A stretch of 64,000 nt of DNA from Fimbriimonadaceae bacterium. GTDB taxonomy: Bacteria; Armatimonadota; Fimbriimonadia; Fimbriimonadales; Fimbriimonadaceae. The stretch spans positions 42,779 to 106,778 of the forward strand of contig JBBDXG010000019.1 of assembly GCA_040902435.1 (NCBI GenBank), written 5' to 3'. The notes under the pieces were generated by a model. That model saw nothing but the letters and a program-made list of their open reading frames with translations. It made no database searches and was not told the origin of the DNA. The stretch's first letter is position 1, and each line of letters begins with the position of its first letter. This document shows, in pieces, positions 36,168-44,871 of the stretch. The position numbers were made by a program, and so were the translations under genes.

Positions 36168-36303
36168 CCGATGGAGGGCCGACCTCCCGGGCGGCCATGG
36201 GCCGATGGAGGGCCGACCTCCCGGGCGGCTAAGGGCCGATGGAGGGCCGACCTCCCGGGCGGCTAAGGGCCGATGGAGGGCCGACCTCCTGGGCGGCCAA
36301 AGG
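36168..36303. repeat. Tandem array of 4 x 34-bp REP-like elements
   Basis: The units occupy 36168-36201, 36202-36235, 36236-36269 and 36270-36303. The unit is CCGATGGAGGGCCGACCTCCCGGGCGGC[C/T]A[T/A][G/A]GG. The units are contiguous with no spacers, and each carries GGAGG-GCCGA-CCTCC. Confidence 0.9.
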
Positions 36304-36397
36304 CGCACGGGAGCGCGCCGCTCCATGGGTGGCCACGCTGGCAGAACGCCAACCGACGACAAGCAGGCGGCTACATGACGACCACTAGGCGACGCCC

Positions 36398-36640
36398 TCA
36401 CTTCAGCCACTTCCGCCACCACTTGACGATCTCGCCCAGCCGTCGGGCTTTGGTCTTGGTTGGTGACTTTTTTGGGTGCGGCTGTCCGGGGGCGACGGTG
36501 CCAACCCGTGGCTATCTTTTTGCACCCCTTCGGGATCCCCGGAACGACCTCGCACCAGTCTGGTCTCCGGCGGAAGTCGTAGGCGTCGGACGTGCCTGGT
36601 GTCGCCGAGCGTCGATCAGTCTGACGTAGCCCAGGCTGAA
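36398..36640 (-). pseudogene. Decayed 3' remnant of an S9 peptidase paralogue
   Basis: The reverse strand ends ...ARRLGEIVKWWRKWLK* (stop at 36398-36400), against ...HRLGEIVKWWKKWLK* in the intact S9 gene at 39060. Another frame upstream reads ...GDTRHV...DSHGLAPSPPDSR, against SEGDMRCN...SSHGLSRNGPPDLR. There is at least one frameshift plus an in-frame TAG, and no 5' part. Confidence 0.55.
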
Positions 36641-36706
36641 GCCACTCGGATCACTCTTCACCGGGCCACGCGTCGGTCGAGACGGGTTGGAGCTTGGCAA
36701 GTTGAA

Positions 36707-37510
36707 TTAGGCTGTCCGTGGCGCCCCTTCTTTCTTCTCTCTTCGATTGTGCAGCCTTTCCTTGCCATGTTCCCCTTCGCTATGCTCATGTTTTGCGACT
36801 GAGGCTCTTCTTCTAGGCTTTGGGATTTTGCCAATTCGGTTTGCTCCGATAAACTGAACCACCGGAGGTAGCTGACCATTTTGCCAAGGCTCTGCCAAAT
36901 CCATGGTGACGATGTTTCTGCCGTCGCATCCGATGGATTCACCTTCGTCCAAACGGACCGTCTCGCCTTTTAGCGTAAGGAGAACCGACCCGCAAAGCAC
37001 GAAGTAGATCGCGTCACGATAGTTTTGAGAGACGGGGTCAGTGGGGCCGTGGACTTCATAAAGCAGGATTCCCGGACCGTTTGGCATTAGGTATTCCAGA
37101 CCGCTGCCAAACAGAGTGGCAAACCCTAGGCGCCCGAGCCGAATTCGCTCTTGCACGTCTTGAATTAGTTGCAGATTGTTTTCCGGCACGCGGCGCCTAT
37201 GATCGCCATACACATACCACGTTGTTCGATCTCGCGCATGCTTTGCATACAACGCATCATCTGGTTTGAGATTGCTGAGTCTTGGGGAGCTGTTGGCTTC
37301 CTCAAGAAGTCCGTCCAGGCCGTCCTCAACGATTTTCTTGAGATACTTCCTGCGCACTACTTTGCCTTGCTCGGCCTTATAGATCGTCGTGATGCCGACG
37401 CCAGCTCGGGCGGCGAGTTCTTCTTGAGAAAATCCCCGAATGACTCTCCAGCCGCGGATGTTTTCGGCAAGCAGCTCACGATCGAGATCGACATCGCGCA
37501 CGGGTTCCAT
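36707..37510 (-). CDS. XRE-family HTH transcriptional regulator with a cupin domain
   Basis: IRGWRVIRGFSQEELAARAGVGITTIYKAEQG is an HTH_3 motif. A cupin-like region follows (AIYFVLCGSVLLTLKGETVRLDEGESI), then a basic tail. Composition is AT-richer than the flanks. Confidence 0.7.
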   Translation of the reverse strand: MEPVRDVDLDRELLAENIRGWRVIRGFSQEELAARAGVGITTIYKAEQGKVVRRKYLKKIVEDGLDGLLEEANSSPRLSNLKPDDALYAKHARDRTTWYVYGDHRRRVPENNLQLIQDVQERIRLGRLGFATLFGSGLEYLMPNGPGILLYEVHGPTDPVSQNYRDAIYFVLCGSVLLTLKGETVRLDEGESIGCDGRNIVTMDLAEPWQNGQLPPVVQFIGANRIGKIPKPRRRASVAKHEHSEGEHGKERLHNRREKKEGAPRTA

Positions 37511-37541
37511 CGCTTCATCTTATCATAATTTGAGCCCATCG

Positions 37542-37567
37542 CACCGATAATTACTCAACAATCGGTG
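37542..37567. promoter_or_regulatory. Candidate operator (7-bp inverted repeat) in the divergent XRE / thioredoxin-like intergenic region
   Basis: CACCGAT (37542-37548), N12, then ATCGGTG (37561-37567) lie between the divergently transcribed regulator and the TlpA-like gene. Confidence 0.25.
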
Positions 37568-37682
37568 TGTATGAAGTGTGAGTCTCTGGAGCGGGTTTGA
37601 GGTGAGATTTCTCTCGTGTAACCTCACTTCGTTCGACTAAAGCGCAGAAATTGACTTTCCTTCGCTTCAAGGAGTAACCGAC

Positions 37683-38870
37683 ATGATGCTCACTATGATT
37701 GCCGCTATGGCCCTGGCTGGACCTCCCCAACTCTCTATCTGCGACAAGGCTCCCCCACTGAGATTTGGGGCGGCGATCAAGGGCAGTCCTGTTCAGGCCT
37801 TCAGCAAGTCCAGGGTGACGGTCGTTGAGTTTTGGGCGACTTGGTGCAAGCCTTGCATCCAAATCATGCCTCACCTTTCGGAGCTGTGGGCCAAGTACAA
37901 AGGAAGTGCAGACTTTGTGAGCGTGAGCGTCATGGAGGACGACCCTAGCAAGGTCAAGCCGTTTGTGAAGAGCATGGGCGACAAGATGGCTTACCCGGTC
38001 GTCATCGACAAACTGGATGGCGAGGGCAAGGGCTACATGTATACGAACTGGCTCCTTGCCGCGAAGCAGGAAGCGATCCCCGTGGCGTTCATCGTGGACA
38101 AGGAGGCCAATATCGCATGGATTGGCCATCCGAGCCAGCTGGAGGCTGTGCTGCTAAAGGTGATCGACGGCAGTTGGGATGCAAGAGCCTACAAGTTAAG
38201 GTTCGAGGCTCAAGCCAAAGATGAGGATGCTTCCTCACGGTTGGTGGACGAGGCTTATGGCACGATTTCCGGCACACCACGCACACACAGCTACGTCGCA
38301 ACTCTTACGTGGATCGAAGACAACCGAAGCAAGTACGACGGCCCTGAGACTCAAGCCGCGCTGAATGAGTTCAAAAGTCTGTTCTCGGCCTTTGCCGAGG
38401 AAGAGTATGAGACCGCTCTGAAGCTCTCGGAGGCCGAACCGAAGAACGGGCTCGTGTGGACCTACTTTCGCCCAATGTTGGTGGTCGCACGGATCGACGC
38501 GCTACAGAGTTTGAACAGGAGTGAGTGGAGGGACGTTGCCAATGCTGCGGTCGATGGGCCGCCCGATCCCAACATCCTGATGGCCTTGGCAGATTCGTTC
38601 ACGCTCCCAGACAGCAAGTTGGCGCAGAAGGATGCGGCGATCTCGCTAAAGGCAGGAGAAAGGCTTGCAGGCTTGGCTCGCGTCCCAATGTTTCTATTGC
38701 GCCTTGCATGGGCGCAGTACGCGGACGGACAAACGGACGTAGCGAAGGCGACGTTGACCGAAGCGCTTTCTAAAATGGACGAGGAGAAGAAGCGTAACCC
38801 ACGCTCGTACGACGGGCTAATGGCGCGGCTGAAGGAAGCGAAGTCTTTCTTTGACCAGGGCAAGCGGTGA
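37683..38870 (+). CDS. TlpA/ResA-like thiol:disulfide oxidoreductase with a C-terminal helical (TPR-like) extension
   Basis: The product has a signal-like N-terminus. VVEFWATWCKPCIQIMPHL carries the CxxC motif, and IPVAFIVDKEANIAW is also present. About 230 aa of alpha-helical tail follow. Confidence 0.75.
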   Translation: MMLTMIAAMALAGPPQLSICDKAPPLRFGAAIKGSPVQAFSKSRVTVVEFWATWCKPCIQIMPHLSELWAKYKGSADFVSVSVMEDDPSKVKPFVKSMGDKMAYPVVIDKLDGEGKGYMYTNWLLAAKQEAIPVAFIVDKEANIAWIGHPSQLEAVLLKVIDGSWDARAYKLRFEAQAKDEDASSRLVDEAYGTISGTPRTHSYVATLTWIEDNRSKYDGPETQAALNEFKSLFSAFAEEEYETALKLSEAEPKNGLVWTYFRPMLVVARIDALQSLNRSEWRDVANAAVDGPPDPNILMALADSFTLPDSKLAQKDAAISLKAGERLAGLARVPMFLLRLAWAQYADGQTDVAKATLTEALSKMDEEKKRNPRSYDGLMARLKEAKSFFDQGKR

Positions 38871-38872
38871 AC

Positions 38873-38902
38873 CCAAAGGACGCAGAATTCATCGTCCTTT
38901 GG
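38873..38902 (+). terminator. Hairpin just after the thioredoxin-like gene stop
   Basis: CCAAAGGACG (38873-38882), a 10-nt loop, then CGTCCTTTGG (38893-38902) begin 3 nt after the TGA. There is no U-run. Confidence 0.4.
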
Positions 38903-39059
38903 CGCTTGCGTCTTGACATGTGTATAGAGGCCCCTCGCTATCTGTGGTGGGTTGGGGGTCGAAGGCGCGAGGTCTCCTGGCGACGTTCGGACGGGCCGCG
39001 GTCGTCGCCTTGCGCAGGTGCTAGTGTCTGGTTGCGTTTTCTTGACCGTCTCCGTCCAT

Positions 39060-41063
39060 TTACTTCAGCCACTTTTTCCACCACTTGACGATTTCGCCGA
39101 GGCGGTGAAGCCGCAGGTCGGGCGGGCCGTTGCGGGAGAGTCCGTGCGACGAGTTCGCCGGGTAGCGCACGAACCGCGTCTTCACGCCGACCGACTTCAG
39201 CACGTAGAACACCTGCTCCGCCTGCTCGACGTTGCAGCGCATGTCCCCCTCCGAGTGGATGATCAGCGTCGGCGTCTGGACCTTGTCGAAGTACGCCGCC
39301 GGCGACTGCCGCCACAGGTCCTTCAGGTTTGAGAGCGGCCCCCACGCGCAACCGCCGAAGTAGTCGTCGCGGTTCAGCGGATAGTCGCTGTTCCCTGCCA
39401 TCGAGACCCAGTTGAACACGCACCGGTCCGTGATCGCGCCCTTGAAGTCGTTCGTGTGGCCGATCACCCAGTTCGTCATGAAGCCGCCGTACGAGCCGCC
39501 CATCACGCCCATCCTCTTCGAGTCAATGAACGGCTGCTTCTTCATCCAGTTCCGCACTGCGGCGATGTCCTCCCAGTCCTTCACGCCCCAGTTGCGACGG
39601 ATCGCCTCGCAGAACTTTTCGCCGTAGCCCTTCGAGCCGCGCGGGTTGCTGTAGACGACGACGTAGCCCTGCGCCGCGAGCAGTTGGAACTCGTGGAAGA
39701 ACGCCCAGCCGTACTGCGTGTGCGGCCCGCCGTGGATCTCCAGCACCGCCGCGTGCTTGCGCGCCTTCTTCGACGGGCGCATGCACCACACGTGGACCTT
39801 CGTGCCGTCCTTCGACTTCACCCACGTCGCCGTCGGAACTGCGACCTCGACCTTTTCGATCAGCTCCTTGTTGAAGCTCGTCAGCACGCGCACGCCTTTG
39901 CCGTCGTAGACGGCGATCTCAGCCGGAGAGGCGGGTGTGCCGAGGGTCAGCGCCGTCGCCTTGCCGTCGCGCGAGGACGACCCCACGCCGAGCACGTGCT
40001 CGCCCTTCGTCAGCAACTTGACCGTCCTTTGCGAGACCGAGGCTTCGCCGATCTGCGCGGTCCCCTCCGTGCCGACCATCACGCGGACCGCCTTGCTGTT
40101 CGGCGTCCATTCGACGGTGCCGTCGCTTCCCGCACCGGTGTCGCTCAGAGTCGCGACGTAGAGGCAATAGTCGGACTTGTCCGAGAGGCACTTCTGCTTG
40201 CCGCCCTTGATCGGTGCGACGTAGAGGCGCGTGTTGCGCATCCCCCAGACCTCTTCGTCCTTGTCGTCGCCCAGCCATGCGACGAGCTTTCCGTCCGGCG
40301 ATACGCGCACGTCGCCCTTCGACCCGCGCGGCAGCCCCGCCAGCTTGCGTGCGCTCCCCTTGAGCGGCACCACGTAGATCTGGTCGTTCGGCTTCTTGAG
40401 CAGCGCGTCGGTCCTGTGCGCGGTGTGCGCGACCACGAGCGCCGACGAGTCCGGCGTCCAGTCGAACGAGTAGAAGTCGAGCGACGCCTCGTCATAGAGC
40501 AGGCGGTGCTTGCCGGTCTTCGTGTCCACGACGTAGACCGCGTACCGCTGGCCGCCGAAGTATCCGTCGCCGTCCTGTCGGTACCACAGGTCGTCGAGCT
40601 CCCACGGCGGCGGGCTACCGCCCTTCTTCTTGCGCTCCTCGACCGCCTTCTTAGTTCGGTCGGGGTGCACTTCGCGGAAAGTGAACGCGATGTGCCGCCC
40701 GTCCGGCGACCACGCGATCGCGCCGATCGAGCCCTCTAGCAGCGCCGTCAGCTTTCGTGCCTCGCCGCCGTCCGTCGGCAGCAGGAAGACCTGCGCGCTC
40801 GGCCCTTCGCGCCCGCTCACGAACGCGATCGTCTTGCCGTCGCGCGACCAGCGCCCGATCCCGCCCGGCTTTTCGCCTTGCGTCCACTGCTTGACCGCCC
40901 CTGTCTTCACGTCCACCGTGAACAGGTTGCCGACGTACTTGTTCTTCTCCTTGTCAACGTGGGTCTTGACGAAGAGCACGGACTTCCCGTCCGGGCTCAT
41001 CTGCGGGTCTGTCACGAACTGTATCGCGAGCAGGTCGTCGGCCTTGATCGGTCGCTTTCGCAT
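39060..41063 (-). CDS. S9 family serine peptidase (acylaminoacyl/prolyl oligopeptidase type) with an N-terminal beta-propeller
   Basis: The 667-aa product has PD40/TolB-like propeller repeats (SPDGKSVLF, SRDGKTIAF, SPDGRHIAF, SPDGKLVAW). The catalytic Ser lies in GGSYGGFMTNW, and LIIHSEGDMR and SSHGL are also present. Confidence 0.85.
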   Translation of the reverse strand: MRKRPIKADDLLAIQFVTDPQMSPDGKSVLFVKTHVDKEKNKYVGNLFTVDVKTGAVKQWTQGEKPGGIGRWSRDGKTIAFVSGREGPSAQVFLLPTDGGEARKLTALLEGSIGAIAWSPDGRHIAFTFREVHPDRTKKAVEERKKKGGSPPPWELDDLWYRQDGDGYFGGQRYAVYVVDTKTGKHRLLYDEASLDFYSFDWTPDSSALVVAHTAHRTDALLKKPNDQIYVVPLKGSARKLAGLPRGSKGDVRVSPDGKLVAWLGDDKDEEVWGMRNTRLYVAPIKGGKQKCLSDKSDYCLYVATLSDTGAGSDGTVEWTPNSKAVRVMVGTEGTAQIGEASVSQRTVKLLTKGEHVLGVGSSSRDGKATALTLGTPASPAEIAVYDGKGVRVLTSFNKELIEKVEVAVPTATWVKSKDGTKVHVWCMRPSKKARKHAAVLEIHGGPHTQYGWAFFHEFQLLAAQGYVVVYSNPRGSKGYGEKFCEAIRRNWGVKDWEDIAAVRNWMKKQPFIDSKRMGVMGGSYGGFMTNWVIGHTNDFKGAITDRCVFNWVSMAGNSDYPLNRDDYFGGCAWGPLSNLKDLWRQSPAAYFDKVQTPTLIIHSEGDMRCNVEQAEQVFYVLKSVGVKTRFVRYPANSSHGLSRNGPPDLRLHRLGEIVKWWKKWLK

Positions 41064-41085
41064 GCGCTGATTATGCCGAAAGCTG

Positions 41086-41118
41086 CCCTCCCCTCGAACG
41101 TGTGATTCGAGGGGAGGG
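41086..41118 (-). terminator. 13-bp perfect hairpin between the S41 and S9 peptidase genes (GC-rich palindromic element)
   Basis: CCCTCCCCTCGAA (41086-41098), loop CGTGTGA, then TTCGAGGGGAGGG (41106-41118). GGGGTGGGGGTAGGG flanks it. It lies 15 nt downstream of the S41 stop on the minus strand. Confidence 0.5.
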
Positions 41119-41132
41119 GGTGGGGGTAGGGC

Positions 41133-42206
41133 CTAACGCAGGTCCGACACCGACCGCAGCAGCCCGATCACTTCCTCTCGCGTACCCTTCAGGTCGTTGA
41201 GGACTCGCGTCAGCTCCGACCGCCATTCTTCGTCGGCCGTCTTCATTACTTCCTCGATCGCCATGACCTGCGCCTTCACCAGCGCTTCCGACGAAGGGCA
41301 GTCCACGTCCGGCTTGACGCCCGTCCCCTCCCAGTTCGTCTTCGTCACCGGGTTGATCGCGCGGCCCATTGGCACGAACACCGCAAAGTGGTCGTTCAGC
41401 CGCACGTTGCCGCCAGGGTTCGCACCGCCCCACGTCGTTTCTCCCACCAGCGTCGCGCGCTTCCGGGTCTGGAGGTTGTAGGCGCACTCCTCCGCGCCGC
41501 TGCCAGTGCGCTTGCTCGTCAGAACGAACACCGGCTTGCCCACGTACCTCGGCCCGTCCAGCTTTTCGAGCGTATAAAAGTCGTTCGTCTCGTTGGTCGG
41601 TCTCCAGTAGATGCTGTTGAGGTGCACGGGCTTCTCGCCGAAGAGGTACGAGCACAGGATCCGCACCGCCTCCGGGCTCCCTCCCCCGTTCCGGCGAAGG
41701 TCAATGATGAGGGCGTCCGTGTCCTTGAGGAACTCGAACGCCGCGGCCGCCGGCCTGGCGATCGCCTCCGCTCCCTGGAAGCTATCGACATTGAGATAGC
41801 CGATGTTCCCTGAGAGCACGTCCGCGGCGGCGATGCCGCCGTTGCGGCGCTTGACCATCAGCTCATAGGACTCGATCTCCTTCTGCGAAGGCTCGGCACG
41901 GTTCTCGCGCACGGGCAGCTTCTCGGCGCTGTAGCGCATCCTGAAGTGCGCGTCCTTCAGCACGGCGTTGACGTCTGCGCTCAGCTTGGCCGCGAACGCC
42001 GGGCCGGAACCGATCTCTTTGTACGCCCCGGCCTTCACCGCCGCGCGGACGGCTTCGTCGGCCTTCTTCGCCAGGTCCGGGAAGACGTAGCTCTCGTTCA
42101 GCGCGTCCAGCAGCGCCTCGATGGTCTGCGCCTTCTCTGTCTCTGTCAACTGCGCAGGCTGCTGCTGTAGTGCGATGGCCGCGAATGCGATGAGTGTTGT
42201 GAACAT
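41133..42206 (-). CDS. S41 family peptidase (tail-specific-protease-like)
   Basis: The signal peptide is MFTTLIAFAAIALQ. LIIDLRRNGGGSPEAV, VFVLTSKRTGSGAEECAY and LVGETTWGGANPG are all present. Confidence 0.8.
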   Translation of the reverse strand: MFTTLIAFAAIALQQQPAQLTETEKAQTIEALLDALNESYVFPDLAKKADEAVRAAVKAGAYKEIGSGPAFAAKLSADVNAVLKDAHFRMRYSAEKLPVRENRAEPSQKEIESYELMVKRRNGGIAAADVLSGNIGYLNVDSFQGAEAIARPAAAAFEFLKDTDALIIDLRRNGGGSPEAVRILCSYLFGEKPVHLNSIYWRPTNETNDFYTLEKLDGPRYVGKPVFVLTSKRTGSGAEECAYNLQTRKRATLVGETTWGGANPGGNVRLNDHFAVFVPMGRAINPVTKTNWEGTGVKPDVDCPSSEALVKAQVMAIEEVMKTADEEWRSELTRVLNDLKGTREEVIGLLRSVSDLR

Positions 42207-42208
42207 GG

Positions 42209-42823
42209 TTATCTCAGAATCCCGGCCACGAGGATCGTGGCCATCTTTTCGATCCGGTCGAGGAGGTCGCCGGGCTGGCGCATCTCCTCCAAACTGAGCG
42301 AGTACGGCAAGTAGGCGTTCGTCGCCTGGACCAGCAGCCGAGCGGTCTCCATCGGGTCGGCAGTGCCAAAGACGCCTGTCTTCTTTCCGTCCTCGATCAC
42401 GAGGGCGAGCATCCTGGCCTCTTCCTCGAAGTACTGGCGCCTGCGCTGCATGTAGGCCGGCCGCACGACCGCGAACACCGAGTCCAGGCTCTGGGTGATG
42501 TCGCGGACCTTTTCGATCCGCACGGCGACCCGGGCGACCAGCATCCGGTAGATCCGCTCGGCGGGCGCGTGGTCGCTCGCGGCCTCCTCGGCCATCCTCG
42601 CCTGCGCCTGCCGCACGACCCGGTCAATCGAGGCCAGGGCCAGCGCCTGCTTGTTCTTGAAGTACAAGTAGACGGTCCGGCGGCTGACGTCGGCCTCCTG
42701 GGCAACGTCCTCCATGGTCATCTTCTTCAGCCCGAACCGCCCGATGAGTCGGTCGGTCGCGTTGAGGATCAGTTCCTCGGTCGAGCCTTCCGTCGAGCCC
42801 TGAATCACCACAGCCGCAGACAT
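42209..42823 (-). CDS. TetR/AcrR family transcriptional regulator
   Basis: FGLKKMTMEDVAQEADVSRRTVYLYFKNKQAL is the TetR_N HTH motif. The product is 204 aa and lies 2 nt upstream of the S41 gene. Confidence 0.85.
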   Translation of the reverse strand: MSAAVVIQGSTEGSTEELILNATDRLIGRFGLKKMTMEDVAQEADVSRRTVYLYFKNKQALALASIDRVVRQAQARMAEEAASDHAPAERIYRMLVARVAVRIEKVRDITQSLDSVFAVVRPAYMQRRRQYFEEEARMLALVIEDGKKTGVFGTADPMETARLLVQATNAYLPYSLSLEEMRQPGDLLDRIEKMATILVAGILR

Positions 42824-42869
42824 GCAAACAGTCTACGACACGTTTGCACATAAAGTGTGATTCTGTGCA
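42823..42869. promoter_or_regulatory. Candidate TetR operator/promoter region (two short inverted repeats)
   Basis: TGCAAAC (42823-42829) pairs with GTTTGCA (42842-42848). TGCACA (42845-42850) pairs with TGTGCA (42864-42869). Both sit at or just upstream of the TetR start codon. Confidence 0.25.
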
Positions 42870-42933
42870 AAAACCTGGGTCCGATGGTCGGTTTGAACCT
42901 GAATCGAGCCCCGTCTCCCATCACTCGTCACCC

Positions 42934-43806
42934 TTAATAGATCACTTTGTTCAGCGGATACTCGACCAGCCCGGTGGCCCCGGCCTTCTTCAGCTTCGGC
43001 ACCAGCTCCCGCACTTCGGCCTCGCTGAGGATCACCTCGACGGCCAGGAACCGGTCGTCTGCCAGCGGCGAGACGGTCGGGTTCTGGAGCGCCGGCAGGA
43101 GCCCGAGGACCTCCTCGCGGGCCGCGGCCGGGAGGTTCATCTTGAGCCCGACCAGTTTGGCGGCGTTCATCGCGCCCTCGAGCAGGATCGCCATGCTCTC
43201 CAGCTTTTCCCGCTTCCTTGGGTCGGCCCAGGTCGCGTGGCTGCAGACCAGACGGGTCGTCGAGGTCAGCAGGGTCTCGATCACTTCCAGGTTGTGGGCG
43301 CGAAGGGACGAGCCCGTCTCGGTGTTCACGACGATCGCGTCCGCGACGCCCTGGGCGATCTTGACCTCGCACGCGCCCCAACTGAACTCGACGTCCGCCT
43401 TCACCCCCTGCTCGCCCAGGAACCTCTCAGTAAGGCGCACGTACTCGGTGGCGATTCGCTTGCCCTCCAGGTCGGCCGCCGTCATGATCCCGCTGTCCCT
43501 GGCCACAGCCACCACCACCCGGATCGGGCTGTTCGTGAGCTTCGAATACCGCAGCTCGCAGACCTCGTGGACGTCGGCGCCGCAGTCGGTGATCCAGTCG
43601 AGCCCGGTCAGGCCGGCGTCAATGACGCCCTCTTCGACGTACCTCGGGATCTCCTGCGGCCGCAGGAGCGCGGGCTCGAGCTCCGGGTCGTCCACGACCG
43701 GCTGATAGCTCCGCGAGTCCACCCGGAACCGCCAGCCGGCCTTCTCAAAGAGCGCGAACGTCGCGTCCTGCAGGCTGCCTTTCGGGATTCCCAGGCGGAG
43801 GATCAT
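42934..43806 (-). CDS. hisG: ATP phosphoribosyltransferase (long form)
   Basis: MILRLGIPKGSLQDATFALFEKAGW..., RPQEIPRYVEEGVIDAGLTGLDW, and a C-terminal regulatory domain in a 290-aa product match long-form HisG. Confidence 0.85.
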   Translation of the reverse strand: MILRLGIPKGSLQDATFALFEKAGWRFRVDSRSYQPVVDDPELEPALLRPQEIPRYVEEGVIDAGLTGLDWITDCGADVHEVCELRYSKLTNSPIRVVVAVARDSGIMTAADLEGKRIATEYVRLTERFLGEQGVKADVEFSWGACEVKIAQGVADAIVVNTETGSSLRAHNLEVIETLLTSTTRLVCSHATWADPRKREKLESMAILLEGAMNAAKLVGLKMNLPAAAREEVLGLLPALQNPTVSPLADDRFLAVEVILSEAEVRELVPKLKKAGATGLVEYPLNKVIY

Positions 43807-43859
43807 GGGGGGACATTACCTGCGAGGTGCGTTGAGCGGAGGGTCGAGCGCCTGCGCGG

Positions 43860-43892
43860 CCCATGGACGCCCTGGAGGTCGTCCCTCCATCG
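43860..43892. repeat. Inverted-orientation copy of the 34-bp REP-like element
   Basis: CCCATGGACGCCCTGGAGGTCGTCCCTCCATCG is the reverse complement of the 36168 unit with 3 mismatches. It lies in the hisG/purS divergent intergenic region. Confidence 0.55.
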
Positions 43893-43919
43893 AGAATAGT
43901 CAGGTGCCACAATTGCCAC

Positions 43920-44153
43920 ATGCCCAAGGTGCGCGTGTACGTCACGCTCAAGCCCTCGCTGCTCGATTCCGCGGGCAAGACGGTGGCGGGGTCGCTGGAC
44001 AAGCTCGGGTTCCACGAGGTCAAGGGAGCGAGGATCGGAAAGCTGATCGAGCTCGAGGTCGAGACGGCCGACGAAGGGCGCATCAAGGAGATGTGCGACA
44101 GGCTGCTCGCCAACCCGGTGATCGAGGACTACCGGTTCGAGGAAGTCAAGTGA
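43920..44153 (+). CDS. purS: Phosphoribosylformylglycinamidine synthase subunit PurS
   Basis: MPKVRVYVTLKPSLLDSAGKTVAGSLDKLGFHEVKGARIGKLIELEV... is typical PurS (77 aa). The track ORF start at 43863 runs through the REP copy. Confidence 0.85.
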   Translation: MPKVRVYVTLKPSLLDSAGKTVAGSLDKLGFHEVKGARIGKLIELEVETADEGRIKEMCDRLLANPVIEDYRFEEVK

Positions 44154-44848
44154 AGGTCGCGGTCCTGCAGTTCCCCGGCTCGAACTGCGACCAGGACGCG
44201 CTCTGGTCGCTCCGCGACGACCTCGGCTACCAAGCCGAGTACGCCTGGCACGAGTCGGACTCACTGGACGGCTTCGACGCCGCGTTCCTCCCTGGCGGGT
44301 TCACCTACGGCGACTACCTCCGCTGTGGCGCAATCGCCTCGCAGTCGCCGATCGTCGGCGCACTCAAGGCGTTCGCGGCCGAGGGCCGGCCCGTGATCGG
44401 GGTCTGCAACGGGTTCCAGATCCTGTGCGAGGCGGGGCTGCTGCCCGGCGCACTGCTGCTCAACGCGAGCGAGAAGTTCGTCTGCCGGACGGTGACGCTG
44501 AAGGCCGTCAACCGGGACTCGCCCTGGACCCGGGGGGCAGAGGGGCTCATCCGGGTGCCCGTCGCCCACGGAGAGGGCCGGTACGTCTGCGAGGAGGAGA
44601 CCCTGAAAGAGCTCCGGGAGGCGAACAGAGTGGCCTTTTTATACGTCAACGCTATGGGAGAGCCGACCGAGGAGGCCAACCCCAACGGCTCGACCGGCAA
44701 CGTGGCAGGCGTCCTGAACCAGGCCGGGAACGTGCTCGGAATGATGCCGCACCCTGAGAGGGCTACCCGTAACCTTTTGGGTTCTTCGGACGGTCTAGTG
44801 ATATTGAGAGGCTTGGACCTCGTCTGTTCCGGGTACAAAACCCGGTAG
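44150..44848 (+). CDS. purQ: Phosphoribosylformylglycinamidine synthase I (glutaminase subunit PurQ)
   Basis: The GTG start overlaps the purS stop. VKVAVLQFPGSNCDQD, GGFTYGDYLR, GVCNGFQIL (catalytic Cys) and MMPHPER are all present. Confidence 0.85.
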   Translation: MKVAVLQFPGSNCDQDALWSLRDDLGYQAEYAWHESDSLDGFDAAFLPGGFTYGDYLRCGAIASQSPIVGALKAFAAEGRPVIGVCNGFQILCEAGLLPGALLLNASEKFVCRTVTLKAVNRDSPWTRGAEGLIRVPVAHGEGRYVCEEETLKELREANRVAFLYVNAMGEPTEEANPNGSTGNVAGVLNQAGNVLGMMPHPERATRNLLGSSDGLVILRGLDLVCSGYKTR

Positions 44849-44871
44849 TTCTGCCGACCATTGGCTTAGAG

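Noticed and set aside
36168-36303. The 34-bp tandem array as a possible CRISPR array.
   Set aside because: The units are directly contiguous with no unique spacers. There are only 4 copies, no cas genes, and single copies of the same unit are dispersed elsewhere.
36111-36422. The 103-aa minus ORF and the 118-aa plus ORF (36273..36629) spanning the REP array.
   Set aside because: Their translations are just the repeat read in different frames (…GRPPGRP…, …REVGPPSAL…), so they have no coding character.
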